A stretch of DNA of 32,000 bases. Origin: Delftia acidovorans NBRC 14950 (GTDB lineage: Bacteria > Pseudomonadota > Gammaproteobacteria > Burkholderiales > Burkholderiaceae_C). The position numbers and the translations under genes were made by a program. Shown in pieces: positions 1 through 10,170 of the stretch. The notes under the pieces are model-generated. The model had not been told where the DNA came from and did not search any database. It worked only from the letters and a program-made list of their open reading frames with translations. The stretch is taken from positions 210,001 to 242,000 of the forward strand of contig NZ_BCZP01000005.1 of assembly GCF_001598795.1 (NCBI RefSeq). Direction: 5' to 3'. How positions within the stretch are numbered: the stretch's first letter is position 1; every line of letters starts with the position of its first letter.

Positions 1-47
1 ATGCGGCCCCGCACTTCGCTGAGGACTTCGCCGGCAGCTCCCGTCAT
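1..47 (-). CDS. 5' end of an unidentified CDS running off the left edge (15 codons visible)
   Basis: Minus-strand ATG at 45-47 is preceded by AAGGAG (complement of 54-59) with a 6-nt spacer. The frame stays open to position 1 (MTGAAGEVLSEVRGR...). Too short to name. Confidence 0.35.
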   Translation of the reverse strand, partial: MTGAAGEVLSEVRGR

Positions 48-189
48 ATCTTGCTCCTTGTTGCTATGCATGCCCTGCCCCGGCAGCCCGGGGCAATGAG
101 CCGCAACCATAGCTGAAAAACCGCGCCCACCCCTGACAAACAGGTGCCAATATGCGCAACTGCGCGACAGGCGCCGCAACGCCCCGCAC

Positions 190-1227
190 TCAGTCCAGAG
201 AGACACCCGTGCTCTTGACCACGCCGGCCCAGCGCTTGATCTCGCTGCGGATATAGGCGCCGTATTCCTCGGGCGTGGAGCCCAGGCCTTCGGCGCCCTG
301 CAGCTGCAGCTTCTCGACAACGCCCGGGTCCTTGAGCGCGCGCATCAGCTCCTGGTTGAGCCGCTGGATGATGGCGGCCGGCGTTTTGGCCGGCACCATC
401 ACGCCCTGCCAGGCGCCGGCCTCGAAGCCGGACATGCCGCTTTCGGCCAGCGTGGGTGCATCGGGGAAGTTGGGCAGGCGCTTGGAGGAACTCACGGCCA
501 GCAGCTTGAGCCGCCCCTCCTTGATGAAGGGTGCGACGGAATTGATGGTGTCGGTCATGAAGTCGATCTGCCCGGCGACCAGATCCACGTCGGCCGGCGC
601 GCTGCCCTTGTAGGGCACGTGGCTGGCCTCGATCTGGTAGTGCTGCACGACCTGGAAGGCCGCCAGGTGGGTGACATTGCCGTTGCCGGCCGAGCCATAG
701 GACAGCTGGCCGGTCTTGTCCCTGGCATGGCGCACGAACTCCTGCACGTTCTTCACCGGCAGCTTGGGATTGACCACCAGGCCCAGCGGCACCACGGCCG
801 TCAGCGCCACAGGCATCAGGTCCTTGCCCACGTCGTAGCTCATCTTCTTGTAAAGCGACGGGCTCAGCGCAATGGACGAGGTGTTGTAGAGCACGGTATA
901 GCCATCGGGCGCGGCCTTGGCCACCAGGGCATTGCCGATGTTGCCATTGGCTCCGGGCCGGTTGTCCACGATCACGGTCTGGCCCAGTTGCTGGCCGACC
1001 TGCTGGGCCAGCACACGCGCCACCAGGTCGGTGGGCCCGCCCGGCGGGAAGGGCACGACCATCGTGATGGGCTTGCTGGGCCAGGGCTGCTGCGCCAGAG
1101 CGGCGCCGGGCAGTGCCGCCCCCACTGTCACCACCGCAGCCGCTGCCGCCGCAATAGGGGCCGCCAGGGTAGCCAGCGCCATGCGGCGCCCTCTTTTGCG
1201 GGCCACCTTGTCGATCTGCTTGTCCAT
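190..1227 (-). CDS. Bug/TctC-family periplasmic substrate-binding protein (tripartite tricarboxylate transporter type)
   Basis: 345-aa ORF with AGGAG 8 nt upstream of the ATG. Arg-rich signal-like N-terminus (KRGRRMALATLAAP...ALAQQ) is followed by PSKPITMVVPFPPGGPTDL, DNRPGANG and VPYKGSAPA segments typical of Bug proteins. Confidence 0.9.
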   Translation of the reverse strand: MDKQIDKVARKRGRRMALATLAAPIAAAAAAVVTVGAALPGAALAQQPWPSKPITMVVPFPPGGPTDLVARVLAQQVGQQLGQTVIVDNRPGANGNIGNALVAKAAPDGYTVLYNTSSIALSPSLYKKMSYDVGKDLMPVALTAVVPLGLVVNPKLPVKNVQEFVRHARDKTGQLSYGSAGNGNVTHLAAFQVVQHYQIEASHVPYKGSAPADVDLVAGQIDFMTDTINSVAPFIKEGRLKLLAVSSSKRLPNFPDAPTLAESGMSGFEAGAWQGVMVPAKTPAAIIQRLNQELMRALKDPGVVEKLQLQGAEGLGSTPEEYGAYIRSEIKRWAGVVKSTGVSLD

Positions 1228-1269
1228 GCTTTTGTCTCCTGATGTCGTTATGGGAATGCTTGTGGCCGC

Positions 1270-1767
1270 CTAGCTGCGCCCGGCCAGCAGGCGCACGGCC
1301 GTGTATTCCATGACCTTCTGGTGGCCCTGGTTGAAGACCTCGATGCGCGAGGTGACGACGGCGCGGTTGCCCTTGGAGGTGGGCTTGATGGCGGTGACTT
1401 CGACCAGGGCCTCGATGGTGTCGCCCACCAGCACGGGGCCGAGGATCTTCTGGTGCAGCTCCAGCATGGCCAGGCCCGTGCCCTGGATCATGCTTTGCAG
1501 GATGAAGCCTTCGATCAGCGCATAGGTCATGGCGCCCGGCACGGGGCGGCCGGCAATGGCGCCGCCGTCGTAGCCCTCCTCGATGAAGATGGCCTCCAGC
1601 ATGCCCGTGGCATTGATGAAGGCGACCAGGTCGGACTCGGTCACGGTGCGGCGGAAGGTGCGCAGTTGCTGGCCGATCTGCAGGTCCTGCCAGAAAAAGC
1701 CCTGGCCCATGCGGGGCACGGCGTTCCAGGCAGCGCCAGGGTGGGGCTGCGGGGTGTTCACTGTCAT
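1270..1767 (-). CDS. MaoC-like (R)-specific enoyl-CoA hydratase/dehydratase, single hot-dog domain (165 aa)
   Basis: The track ORF is 310 aa, but only the last 165 aa (MTVNTPQPH...VRLLAGRS) look like real protein. The 5' part overlaps the CoA-transferase gene in another frame. ATG at 1765-1767 lies 1 nt after the CoA-transferase stop (1769-1771), suggesting coupling. Confidence 0.8.
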   Translation of the reverse strand: MTVNTPQPHPGAAWNAVPRMGQGFFWQDLQIGQQLRTFRRTVTESDLVAFINATGMLEAIFIEEGYDGGAIAGRPVPGAMTYALIEGFILQSMIQGTGLAMLELHQKILGPVLVGDTIEALVEVTAIKPTSKGNRAVVTSRIEVFNQGHQKVMEYTAVRLLAGRS

Positions 1768-1768
1768 C

Positions 1769-2965
1769 TCATGTCTCCTGTTGCGTGATCTGCAGGCCGG
1801 CGATGCGCTCGGCGCTCCAGCCCGCCTGGGCCAGCAGCGCCGCCGTGTGCTCGCCCAGGCGCGGGGGCATGCCCATGGGCGCCTGCCGGCCATCCATGCG
1901 CACGGAGGAGCGAGGCAGGTGCACGGTGCCCATGGCGGTGTCCTGCAGCGGCACGAAGAACTCCGTGGCCTGCAGATGCGGATCGGCGGGCAGATCGTCC
2001 ATGCGCGCCACGGGGGCGGCGGGAATCTCCAGGCGCTGGCAGGTATCGAGCCAGTACTGGGTGCCGTGCAGCGCCACATGCTCGCCAGCGGTCTCCAGCA
2101 GCTCGGCAATGTGGGCCGTGCGGCTGGCCTGGCTGGCAAAGCGCGCGTCCAGGGCCAGCTGCGGCTGGCCCACGGCGGCGAAGAAGCGCTGCCAGTGCGC
2201 ATCGGTGTACGGCATCATGCAGACGTGGCCGTCCAGCGTTCTGTAGGGCTTGCGCCAGGGCGCCATCACGCGCGGGTAGCCTGCGCCGCTGAGCGCCGGG
2301 CTGAAGTGCATGCCGTAGAAATGCTCGACCAGGTTGAAGCCCACCATGGTCTCGTACATGGGCACTTCCACAAAGCAGCCATGGCCGCTGCGCTCGCGCT
2401 GGAACAGCGCCGCCAGCACGGCATGCGCGGCCACCAGGGCGCAGGTCTTGTCGGCCGCAATGGTGGGCAGGTAGCGCGCCTCGCCCGTCTGGCGCTCCAT
2501 CAGGTCGGCCAGGCCGCTCATGCCCTGGATGACGTCGTCATAGGCGGGCATGCCTGCATAGGGGCCGTCTTCGCCAAAGCCATGCAGGCCTGCATAGACC
2601 AGGCGCGGATAGCGCTCGCGCAGCGTTGCGGGGTCCAGGCCCAGCGGAGCCAGCTTTTGCGGGCGCATGCTGTGCATGAACACATCGGCCGTGGCCAGCA
2701 GCGCATGCAGAGCCTGGCGCGCCTCGTCCTGCTTGAGGTCCAGCACCACGCTCTTCTTGCTGCGGTTGGTGCCCATGAACATGGCTGCCATGCCGGGCTC
2801 CACGGCCGGGCCGGTATGGCGCGTGGAGTCGCCGGCCGGCGGCTCGATCTTGATGACTTCGGCGCCGTAGTCGGCCAGCACCTGGCTGGCCAGCGGCCCG
2901 AACACCACGCTGGACAGATCCAGCACCCGAATCCCTGTCAACGCAGCCTGCACTGTGGTCTCCAT
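1769..2965 (-). CDS. Family III (CaiB/BaiF) CoA-transferase
   Basis: 398 aa. The N-terminal GIRVLDLSSVVFGPLASQVLADYGAEVIKIEPP segment and overall length are typical of family III CoA-transferases. Confidence 0.9.
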   Translation of the reverse strand: METTVQAALTGIRVLDLSSVVFGPLASQVLADYGAEVIKIEPPAGDSTRHTGPAVEPGMAAMFMGTNRSKKSVVLDLKQDEARQALHALLATADVFMHSMRPQKLAPLGLDPATLRERYPRLVYAGLHGFGEDGPYAGMPAYDDVIQGMSGLADLMERQTGEARYLPTIAADKTCALVAAHAVLAALFQRERSGHGCFVEVPMYETMVGFNLVEHFYGMHFSPALSGAGYPRVMAPWRKPYRTLDGHVCMMPYTDAHWQRFFAAVGQPQLALDARFASQASRTAHIAELLETAGEHVALHGTQYWLDTCQRLEIPAAPVARMDDLPADPHLQATEFFVPLQDTAMGTVHLPRSSVRMDGRQAPMGMPPRLGEHTAALLAQAGWSAERIAGLQITQQET

Positions 2966-2985
2966 GTTGCTTCAGGGAGCCAGTA

Positions 2986-3000
2986 TTTGATATCTTCAAA
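2986..3000. promoter_or_regulatory. Candidate LysR-type operator (TTTGA-N5-TCAAA, contains T-N11-A)
   Basis: Perfect 5-bp inverted repeat tttgaTATCTtcaaa in the 83-bp divergent intergenic region between the LysR gene and the CoA-transferase operon. The inner TTGA-N5-TCAA fits the generic T-N11-A LysR box. Confidence 0.3.
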
Positions 3001-3048
3001 GCTGCGTCTAAGACTTAATTCAGCATCTCTGATACACGGTAGATATCA

Positions 3049-3936
3049 ATGGACCTGCGCCAACTGCGTCACTTCGTCACCCTGGCCCGCACGCTCAACT
3101 ACCGGCAGGCGGCCGAGCAGCTGCACATGTCGCAGCCGCCGCTGTCCCAATCCATACGCCGGCTGGAAGACAGCCTGGGCGTGCAGCTGTTCCAGCGCGA
3201 CCGCCGGGGCACGGCGCTGACCGAGGCAGGCCAGGCGGCCCTGGAAAGTGCCGAGCTGGCCCTGCACCATGCGCGCCAGATGCAGGAGGTCTCGCGCGCC
3301 ACGGCCGGCGGCGAGCGCGGGCGGCTGCACATAGGCTTCATAGGCTCGGCCACGTTCTCGCTGATACCGCGGCTGGTGCAGGCCTTTCGCAGCGAATATC
3401 CGCTGATCGACCTGGTGCTGACCGAATCGACCACGCGCGAGATCTGCGCGCAGGTGGCCAGCGGCGATTTCGATGCCGGCCTGCTGCGATACCCGGTGAC
3501 GCAGGCCACCGACCTGTCCATCACGCCCGTGGAAAAGGACGAGCTGGTGGCCGTGCTGCCCGAAGGCAACCCGCTGCTGCAGCGGCCCGCCTTGCGGCTG
3601 CGGGACCTGGCGGACCAGCCCTTCATCAACTACCGCCCCAGCGAGGTGCCCGGCCTGCACGCGCTGGTGGTGCTGGCCTGCCAGAACGCGGGCTTCATGC
3701 CGCAGGTCAAGCAGCATGCCGTGCAGGCGCAGACCCTGGTCAGCCTGGTGGGTGCGGGCCTGGGCGTGGCGCTGGTGCCAGCCGTGGTGGCCAAGGGCAG
3801 CACGCCGGGGGTGGTGTTCCGCGCGCTGGCAGATACCGAGAACCTGCCCTCCATCGGCCTGGCCCTGGCGCTCAATCCGCAGCAAAGCGCAGCGGCCGGG
3901 CAGCGACTGCGCGAGTTGCTGCTGCAGCTGCAGTAG
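3049..3936 (+). CDS. LysR-family transcriptional regulator
   Basis: 295 aa. The N-terminal wHTH (MDLRQLRHFVTLARTLNYRQAAEQLHMSQPPLSQSIRRLEDSLGVQLFQR) is a textbook LysR signature. It is divergent from the probable target operon. Confidence 0.95.
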   Translation: MDLRQLRHFVTLARTLNYRQAAEQLHMSQPPLSQSIRRLEDSLGVQLFQRDRRGTALTEAGQAALESAELALHHARQMQEVSRATAGGERGRLHIGFIGSATFSLIPRLVQAFRSEYPLIDLVLTESTTREICAQVASGDFDAGLLRYPVTQATDLSITPVEKDELVAVLPEGNPLLQRPALRLRDLADQPFINYRPSEVPGLHALVVLACQNAGFMPQVKQHAVQAQTLVSLVGAGLGVALVPAVVAKGSTPGVVFRALADTENLPSIGLALALNPQQSAAAGQRLRELLLQLQ

Positions 3937-3963
3937 CAAGCAGTTGCAAGCAGTAGCAGCAGT
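3931..3963. repeat. Tandem decamer repeat (about 3.3 copies)
   Basis: cagtagcaag / cagttgcaag / cagtagcagc / agt read directly. It starts at the LysR stop codon (TAG 3934-3936). Confidence 0.6.
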
Positions 3964-4010
3964 TCCTTTGCCGTTGCGCCCGCACGCCTGAACGGCGCGC
4001 CACAAAAGAC

Positions 4011-4032
4011 AAAGGCCGCAGATGCGGCCTTT
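4011..4032. terminator. Bidirectional hairpin between convergent LysR gene and typA
   Basis: aaaggccgca-ga-tgcggccttt is a perfect inverted repeat. T-rich flank on the minus strand (gtcttttgtg) lies about 55 nt after the typA stop. Confidence 0.55.
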
Positions 4033-4087
4033 GACAGTCAGGGCGGTGAAGCCATGCGGCTTGCGTGCGCCCTGGTCGCTACAGCGC

Positions 4088-5914
4088 TTATGCGCCACGC
4101 GAAGCGCGCTTGCGCTCGTTCTCGGACAGGTGGCGCTTGCGAACGCGGATGCTCTTGGGGGTGATTTCCACCAGCTCGTCGTCCTCGATGAATTCCACCG
4201 CGTATTCCAGCGACAGGTCGATCGGGGGGGTGATCTTGATGGCATCTTCCTTGCCGGACACGCGGAAGTTGGTCAGCTGCTTGGTACGCGTGGCGTTGAC
4301 CACCAGGTCGTTGTCGCGGCTGTGGATGCCGATGATCATGCCTTCGTACACGGGATCGTTGGCCTTGACGAACATGCGGCCACGGTCGTCCAGCTTGCCC
4401 AGGGCGTAGGTGAAGATTTCGCCTTCGTCCATGGAGATCAGCACACCGTTCTTGCGGCCGCCGATTTCGCCCTTGTGCGGCTCGTAGCTGTCGAAGATGT
4501 TGGAGATCAGGCCGGAACCACGGGTCAGGTTCAGGAATTCGTTGGTGAAGCCGATCAGGCCACGCGCAGGAATGCGGTACTCCAGGCGCACGCGGCCGCG
4601 GCCATCGGGTTCCATGTTGACCAGTTCGCCCTTGCGCTCGCCCAGGGCCTGCATCACGCCACCCTGGTGGCCTTCTTCGATGTCGGCCGTCACCAGCTCG
4701 ATAGGCTCGTGGCGCACGCCGTCCACGTCGCGGTAGACCACGCGGGGCTTGGACACAGCCAGCTCGTAGCCTTCACGGCGCATTTCTTCCAGCAGGATGG
4801 TCAGGTGCAGTTCGCCGCGGCCCGACACTTCGAAGATGCCGTCTTCGTCGGTTTCCTTGACGCGCAGGGCCACGTTGGAACGCAGTTCCTTTTGCAGGCG
4901 GTCCCAGATCTGGCGGCTGGTCACGAACTTGCCTTCACGACCTGCCAGCGGCGAGGTGTTGACGCAGAAGTTCATGGTCAGCGTGGGCTCGTCGATCTTG
5001 AGCATCGGCAGCGGCTGGGGGTTCAGCGGGTCGGTCAGCGTGACGCCCATGCCCAGGTCGGCGATGCCGTTGACCAGCACGATGTCGCTTGGACCGGCTT
5101 CGGTCACTTGCACGCGGTCAATGCCCTGGAACTTCAGAACCTGGTTGATGCGGCCCTTGTAGCTCTTGCCGTCAGGACCTTCCATGACCAGCACGTCGGT
5201 CGAAGGCTTGAGCGTGCCGGAGGTGATGCGGCCCACGCCGATACGGCCCACGAAGGTGGAGTAGTCCAGCGCCGAGATCTGCATTTGCAGCGGAGCGGCA
5301 GGATCGCCCTTGACGGCGGGAACGTGCTTCAGGATGGTGTCGAACAGGGCCGACATGTCGGGGCCCCACTGTTCGCCGGGAGCGCCTTCTTCCAGCGAGG
5401 TCCAGCCGTTGATGCCCGAGGCGTACACCACGGGGAAGTCCAGCTGCTCGTCGGTGGCACCCAGCTTGTCGAACAGGTCGAAGGCGGCGTTGACCACGTA
5501 GTCGGGACGCGCACCGGGCTTGTCCACCTTGTTGACCACGAGGATGGGCTTCAGGCCCAGGGCCAGTGCCTTCTTGGTCACGAAGCGCGTCTGGGGCATG
5601 GGGCCTTCCTGCGCGTCGATCAGCAGCACCACGCCGTCCACCATGGACAGGGCACGCTCCACTTCACCGCCGAAGTCCGCGTGGCCGGGTGTGTCGAGGA
5701 TGTTGATGTGCGTCTCGTTCCAGCTCACGGCGCAGTTCTTGGCCAAGATGGTGATGCCACGCTCGCGTTCGATGGCGTTGTTGTCCATCACCGTGTCCAC
5801 GACTTTCTCGTGTTCGGCGAAGGTTCCGGATTGGCGCAGCAGCTGGTCCACCATGGTGGTTTTGCCGTGGTCCACGTGGGCGATGATCGCGATATTGCGG
5901 ATTTGTTTGCTCAT
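4088..5914 (-). CDS. typA: Translational GTPase TypA/BipA
   Basis: 608 aa from [26 protein letters not shown] (ATG at 5912-5914). G motifs [16 protein letters not shown] and NKVDK are present, with EF-G-like domains. The track ORF start at 6088 overlaps truB and is rejected. Confidence 0.95.
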   Translation of the reverse strand: MSKQIRNIAIIAHVDHGKTTMVDQLLRQSGTFAEHEKVVDTVMDNNAIERERGITILAKNCAVSWNETHINILDTPGHADFGGEVERALSMVDGVVLLIDAQEGPMPQTRFVTKKALALGLKPILVVNKVDKPGARPDYVVNAAFDLFDKLGATDEQLDFPVVYASGINGWTSLEEGAPGEQWGPDMSALFDTILKHVPAVKGDPAAPLQMQISALDYSTFVGRIGVGRITSGTLKPSTDVLVMEGPDGKSYKGRINQVLKFQGIDRVQVTEAGPSDIVLVNGIADLGMGVTLTDPLNPQPLPMLKIDEPTLTMNFCVNTSPLAGREGKFVTSRQIWDRLQKELRSNVALRVKETDEDGIFEVSGRGELHLTILLEEMRREGYELAVSKPRVVYRDVDGVRHEPIELVTADIEEGHQGGVMQALGERKGELVNMEPDGRGRVRLEYRIPARGLIGFTNEFLNLTRGSGLISNIFDSYEPHKGEIGGRKNGVLISMDEGEIFTYALGKLDDRGRMFVKANDPVYEGMIIGIHSRDNDLVVNATRTKQLTNFRVSGKEDAIKITPPIDLSLEYAVEFIEDDELVEITPKSIRVRKRHLSENERKRASRGA

Positions 5915-5937
5915 AGTGTTTTCCCATTGCCGCTGCG

Positions 5938-6903
5938 TCATGGGCGCGGCGTGTCTTCCAAAATCTGTTGAATTTCCAGTGAACTGAGCAGGCGCCCGGG
6001 GATCAGTTCCCCACGCACCACGCGCCCCACTCCCAGCAGAGCCTGTGGGTTCTCGCCATACACAGCCACCGCCTCGGCATCGGCCCAAGCGCCCTTGCGG
6101 GGCAGGCCCGTGAGAAAACGGGCCGCATCTTGCTCGCCCAGCGTGACAGCCGTGTGGCTGGCCAGCAGGGCGTCGACAGGCTGCAACTGCTGCAGACGCT
6201 CGCCCTCGCCCATGGCGGCCAGCGCCTCCAGCGAGATACAGCGCTCGACACCCAGCCCCCCGGTGTCGATACGGCGCAGCGCGCGCAGGTGCGCGCCGCA
6301 GCCCAGGGCCTCGCCCACGTCCTCGGCCAGCGTGCGGATGTAGGTGCCCTTGCTGCAGGTCACCAGCATCCGAATCGCAGGCAGGCCTTCGCTGTCTTGC
6401 GTCAGCGAAAGCTCCAGTGCGTGGATTGTCACTTCGCGCGCCGGGCGCTCGACTTCGATGCCGGCACGCGCATATTCATAGAGAGCCTTGCCGTCCTTCT
6501 TGAGGGCGCTGTACATGGGTGGCACCTGGCGGATCGCACCCGTGAACTGCGCCTGCACGGCGGCCAATCGCTCGGCCGTGAGGGCGGCGAGGTCAACGGC
6601 GCGCTCGCGCAGCACCTCGCCCTCGGCATCGGCCGTGGTCGTGGTCTGGCCCAGGCGCGCAATCGCCTCGTAGGTCTTGGCAGCTTCAAGCTGCAACTGG
6701 CTGAACTTGGTCGCCGCACCGAAGCACAGCGGCAGCACGCCGGTGGCCAACGGGTCCAGCGTGCCGGTGTGTCCGGCCTTTTCGGCGCGCAGCAACCACT
6801 TGACCTTTTGCAAGGCGTCGTTGCTGGACAGCTCCAGCGGTTTGTCGAGTAGCAACACCCCATGCACAGGGCGCCGCTGCACCCTTGTGCGTGGCGCGTT
6901 CAT
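5938..6903 (-). CDS. truB: tRNA pseudouridine(55) synthase
   Basis: 321 aa. HGVLLLDKP...[19 protein letters not shown] catalytic-Asp motif, with a PUA-like C-terminus. Confidence 0.95.
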   Translation of the reverse strand: MNAPRTRVQRRPVHGVLLLDKPLELSSNDALQKVKWLLRAEKAGHTGTLDPLATGVLPLCFGAATKFSQLQLEAAKTYEAIARLGQTTTTADAEGEVLRERAVDLAALTAERLAAVQAQFTGAIRQVPPMYSALKKDGKALYEYARAGIEVERPAREVTIHALELSLTQDSEGLPAIRMLVTCSKGTYIRTLAEDVGEALGCGAHLRALRRIDTGGLGVERCISLEALAAMGEGERLQQLQPVDALLASHTAVTLGEQDAARFLTGLPRKGAWADAEAVAVYGENPQALLGVGRVVRGELIPGRLLSSLEIQQILEDTPRP

Positions 6904-6907
6904 GGGG

Positions 6908-7279
6908 CTACTCTTCCTTTCCGCGCGAAGAAACGGCCTTGGCGATCAAGGCGTTCATGTCGGCCGCACGCTCGGAGGTGCGGTCGTAGATGAAGTGCAG
7001 CGTGGGCACTGTGTGGATATGCAGGCGCTTGAACAGGCCATTGCGCAGGAAGCCTGCGGCCTGGTTCAACGCTTCCTGCGTCGCCTGTGGATCGCCCACG
7101 AGCAGGCTGAAGTAGACCTTGGCGTGGGCATAGTCCGGAGTCACCTCCACGCTTTGCAGCGTGACCATGCCCACGCGCGGGTCCTTCAACTCGCGCGCGA
7201 TCAGCTCTGCCAGATCACGCTGGATCTGGTCAGAGACTTTGAAGCTGCGATTCGGCGCAGCGGACTTGCGTGTTGCCAT
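6908..7279 (-). CDS. rbfA: Ribosome-binding factor A
   Basis: 123 aa. [17 protein letters not shown]...[22 protein letters not shown] is typical of RbfA. It sits between infB and truB as in most bacteria. Confidence 0.95.
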   Translation of the reverse strand: MATRKSAAPNRSFKVSDQIQRDLAELIARELKDPRVGMVTLQSVEVTPDYAHAKVYFSLLVGDPQATQEALNQAAGFLRNGLFKRLHIHTVPTLHFIYDRTSERAADMNALIAKAVSSRGKEE

Positions 7280-7285
7280 GGCGAA

Positions 7286-10147
7286 TTACAGCGAGCGCGC
7301 GATTTCCTTGATCTCGAACACTTCGAGCACGTCGCCTTCGCGAATGTCGTTGTAGTTCTTGAGCTTGATACCGCACTCGAAGCCTTCCTTGACTTCCTTG
7401 ACGTCGTCCTTCAGGCGCTTGAGCGATTCGATCTCGCCCGTGTAGATGACCACGTTCTCGCGCAGCAGGCGGAAATGCGCATTGCGCGTGACCTGGCCTT
7501 GCGTGATGTACGAGCCGGCCACGGTGCCGATCTTCGAAGCCACGAACACGGTGCGGATCTCGGCCATGCCGATGATCTCTTCCTTGCGCTCGGGAGCCAG
7601 CATGCCGGACATGGCCGCCTTCACCTCTTCGACTGCGTCGTAGATGATGTTGTAGTAGCGCAGGTCCACATCGTTGCTCTCGGCCGTCTTGCGCGCCTGG
7701 GCATCGGCCCGGACGTTGAAGCCGATGATGATGGCCTTGGAGGCCAGCGCCAGGTTCACGTCGGACTCGCTGATGCCGCCCACGCCCGAGTAGACCAGCT
7801 GAACGCGGATCTCGTCGGTCGAGAGCTTGAGCAGCGATGTGCCCAGCGCTTCCTGCGAGCCCTGCATGTCGGCCTTGATGATGATGGGCAGGGTCTGGAC
7901 CTCGCCTGCACCCATTTCGGCAAACATGTTCTCGAGCTTGGCAGCCTGCTGGCGGGCCAGCTTGGTGTGGCGGAACTTGCCGGCGCGGTAGGTCGCGATT
8001 TCGCGGGCACGACGCTCGTCCTGCAGCACCATGAAGTCGTCGCCGGCCTGGGGCACGTCGGACAGACCCTGGATTTCCACCGGGATGGAGGGGCCTGCAG
8101 ACTTGGTCTGCTTGCCGTCTTCGTCCAGCATGGCGCGCACGCGGCCGTAGGTCTGGCCAGCCAGCACCACGTCGCCCACCTTCAGCGTACCGGACTGCAC
8201 CAGCACCGTGGCCACAGGGCCGCGGCCCTTGTCCAGCTGGGCTTCGATGACCAGGCCCTTGGCAGCGGCTTCCACGGGAGCGGTCAGCTCCAGCACTTCG
8301 GCCTGCAGCAGAACCTGCTCCAGCAGCTCGTCGATGCCCTGGCCGGTCTTGGAGGACACGGCGATGAACGGGGACTCGCCGCCGTACTCTTCAGGCACCA
8401 CCTGCTCGGCCACCAGGCCTTGCTTGACGCGGTCGAGGTTGGCATCGGGCTTGTCGGCCTTGGTGATGGCAACCACGATGGGCACACCAGCCGCCTTCGC
8501 GTGCTTGATGGCTTCCTTGGTCTGGGGCATCACGCCGTCGTCGGCCGCACACACCAGGATGACGATGTCGGTGGCCTGGGCACCACGGGCACGCATGGCC
8601 GTGAAGGCCTCGTGGCCCGGGGTATCCAGGAAGGTGACGATGCCGCGGGGCGTCGTCACATGGTAGGCACCGATGTGCTGGGTAATGCCACCGGCTTCGC
8701 CCGACGCCACCTTGGTGCGGCGGATGTAGTCCAGCAACGAGGTCTTGCCGTGGTCCACGTGGCCCATGACGGTGACCACGGGAGCACGCGACTCCTGGGC
8801 AGCTTCCTGCTGGGACACTTCCTCGGCCGTGAAGGCTTCGGGATCGTCCAGCGCGGCGACCTTGGCCGTGTGGCCCATTTCCTCGACCACGATCATGGCC
8901 GTGTCCTGGTCCAGAGGCTGGTTGATGGTGACCATCTGGCCCATCTTCATCAGCACCTTGATCAGCTCGGACGCCTTGACCGACATCTTGTGCGCCAGCT
9001 CGGCCACGGTGATGGTCTCGGGCACGTGCACTTCGATGGCGCGGAATTCCGCTGCCGCGCTCTGGTGCTGACCGTCATGACGGTCATTGCCACGACGGCC
9101 GCCACGCGGGCCGCCGCGCCAGTTGGAACGGCCACCCACGCCACCGGAGCTGTCGCCACGGGTCTTGATTTCCTTCTTCTTGCCATCGCCAGCCCAGCTC
9201 GACGAGAGCTTGGCGGACTTGACTTCCTTGCCGGCACCGGCAGGCGCACCCGCACGCGCACCGGCTCCACCGGTGGTCGTGCCAGCGGGCTTGTGCAGCG
9301 TGGTCTTCTTGGCATCGCCGGCAGCGGGCGCTGCAGGCTTGGCCACGGGCTTGGGCTCTTCAGGCTTCTTGGCCACGAGCACCTTCTTGGGCGCAGCCAT
9401 CATGGCGCGAATGGCTTCGGCCTCGGCCAGCGCCTTGCGGCGGCGGTCTTCCAGATCCTTGGCGCGTTCGGCTTCCTCGGCCGCGCGGGCCTTGGATTCT
9501 TCCTCGGCCTTGACGCGAGCCGCAACCTGGGCTTCGGCGCGCGCGGCCTGGCCTGCAGCCTGCTCACGCGAAGCTTCCTGCTTCGCGCGGTTGGCCTCGA
9601 GGATCTTTGCGGCTTCTGCAGCCGCATAGGCGCTTGCGCGCTCTTCGGCTTCTCGCTCGCGTTGTTGAACTAGTTCGCGCTCTTCGCGCTCACGGCGTTG
9701 CTGTGCCAATTCTTCCTCCTCGCGGCCGATCATTTCGGCCTGGCGACGTGCTTCCCCTTCGCGGCGCACCAGATCCTGGGACTCGCGCTCCGATGCCGCG
9801 CGCTGCTCCTGGGCAGCGGCAACGACAGCGGGATCGGAGGCGCCCTCGGCGACCTCGTCACGCTTGACGAAGGTGCGCTTCTTGCGCACTTCCACCTGGA
9901 TGGTGCGGGCGCGGCCCGACGAATCGGCCTGCTTGATCTCGCTTGTGGACCGTTTGGTCAGCGTGATCTTCTTGGCGCCACTTCCGTGGCTGGCCTGCAG
10001 ATGGCTGAGCAGTTGCTGCTTGTCGCCGTCGGTCAACGCATCCGATGCGTTGTCCTTGGCGACGCCTGCAGCCTTGAGCTGCTGCAGCAACGTGTCAGGG
10101 GTCTTGTTGAGCTCTCTTGCAAACTCGGCAACCGTATTACTGGACAT
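7286..10147 (-). CDS. infB: Translation initiation factor IF-2
   Basis: 953 aa. Low-complexity Ala/Glu/Arg/Lys N-terminal half, then a G domain ([26 protein letters not shown]) and the conserved C-terminal domains. Confidence 0.97.
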   Translation of the reverse strand: MSSNTVAEFARELNKTPDTLLQQLKAAGVAKDNASDALTDGDKQQLLSHLQASHGSGAKKITLTKRSTSEIKQADSSGRARTIQVEVRKKRTFVKRDEVAEGASDPAVVAAAQEQRAASERESQDLVRREGEARRQAEMIGREEEELAQQRREREERELVQQREREAEERASAYAAAEAAKILEANRAKQEASREQAAGQAARAEAQVAARVKAEEESKARAAEEAERAKDLEDRRRKALAEAEAIRAMMAAPKKVLVAKKPEEPKPVAKPAAPAAGDAKKTTLHKPAGTTTGGAGARAGAPAGAGKEVKSAKLSSSWAGDGKKKEIKTRGDSSGGVGGRSNWRGGPRGGRRGNDRHDGQHQSAAAEFRAIEVHVPETITVAELAHKMSVKASELIKVLMKMGQMVTINQPLDQDTAMIVVEEMGHTAKVAALDDPEAFTAEEVSQQEAAQESRAPVVTVMGHVDHGKTSLLDYIRRTKVASGEAGGITQHIGAYHVTTPRGIVTFLDTPGHEAFTAMRARGAQATDIVILVCAADDGVMPQTKEAIKHAKAAGVPIVVAITKADKPDANLDRVKQGLVAEQVVPEEYGGESPFIAVSSKTGQGIDELLEQVLLQAEVLELTAPVEAAAKGLVIEAQLDKGRGPVATVLVQSGTLKVGDVVLAGQTYGRVRAMLDEDGKQTKSAGPSIPVEIQGLSDVPQAGDDFMVLQDERRAREIATYRAGKFRHTKLARQQAAKLENMFAEMGAGEVQTLPIIIKADMQGSQEALGTSLLKLSTDEIRVQLVYSGVGGISESDVNLALASKAIIIGFNVRADAQARKTAESNDVDLRYYNIIYDAVEEVKAAMSGMLAPERKEEIIGMAEIRTVFVASKIGTVAGSYITQGQVTRNAHFRLLRENVVIYTGEIESLKRLKDDVKEVKEGFECGIKLKNYNDIREGDVLEVFEIKEIARSL

Positions 10148-10170
10148 ATATGCTCTGAACCTCCCTGACC

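Noticed and set aside
144-149. TGGCAC (minus strand), resembling a sigma54 -24 element upstream of the partial gene at 1-47.
   Set aside because: The -12 element is absent at the required spacing (TTGT one base too close, where TTGC is expected), and no enhancer-binding protein gene is nearby.
1768-2202. 5' extensions of track ORFs beyond the motif-supported starts. The same applies at 5915-6088, 15188-15637, 15245-15355, 19512-19655, 23734-23823, 23732-23845, 25214-25435, 27569-27898 and 30265-30318.
   Set aside because: The extensions overlap neighbouring genes or intergenic promoters and translate to Arg/Pro/Cys/Trp-rich junk. Internal ATGs coincide with RBS-like sequences and with the family N-termini.
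2841-2866. A 26-nt stretch identical, in inverted orientation, to 29063-29088. I considered terminal inverted repeats of a 26-kb mobile element.
   Set aside because: Both copies lie inside paralogous CoA-transferase genes and encode the same conserved peptide GAEVIKIEP with the genome's preferred codons. There is no transposase, integrase or target duplication, and the intervening DNA is core genome.
6677-9673. 998-aa plus-strand ORF antisense to infB. Similar long antisense ORFs occur at 4022-5971, 10177-11721, 1583-3220, 20584-22803, 27902-30247, 18426-19877, 30490-31410 and 3046-4245.
   Set aside because: These are classic high-GC shadow ORFs: Arg/Gly/Ala/His-rich low-complexity translations with no RBS. 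Each lies exactly opposite a gene with unmistakable conserved motifs.
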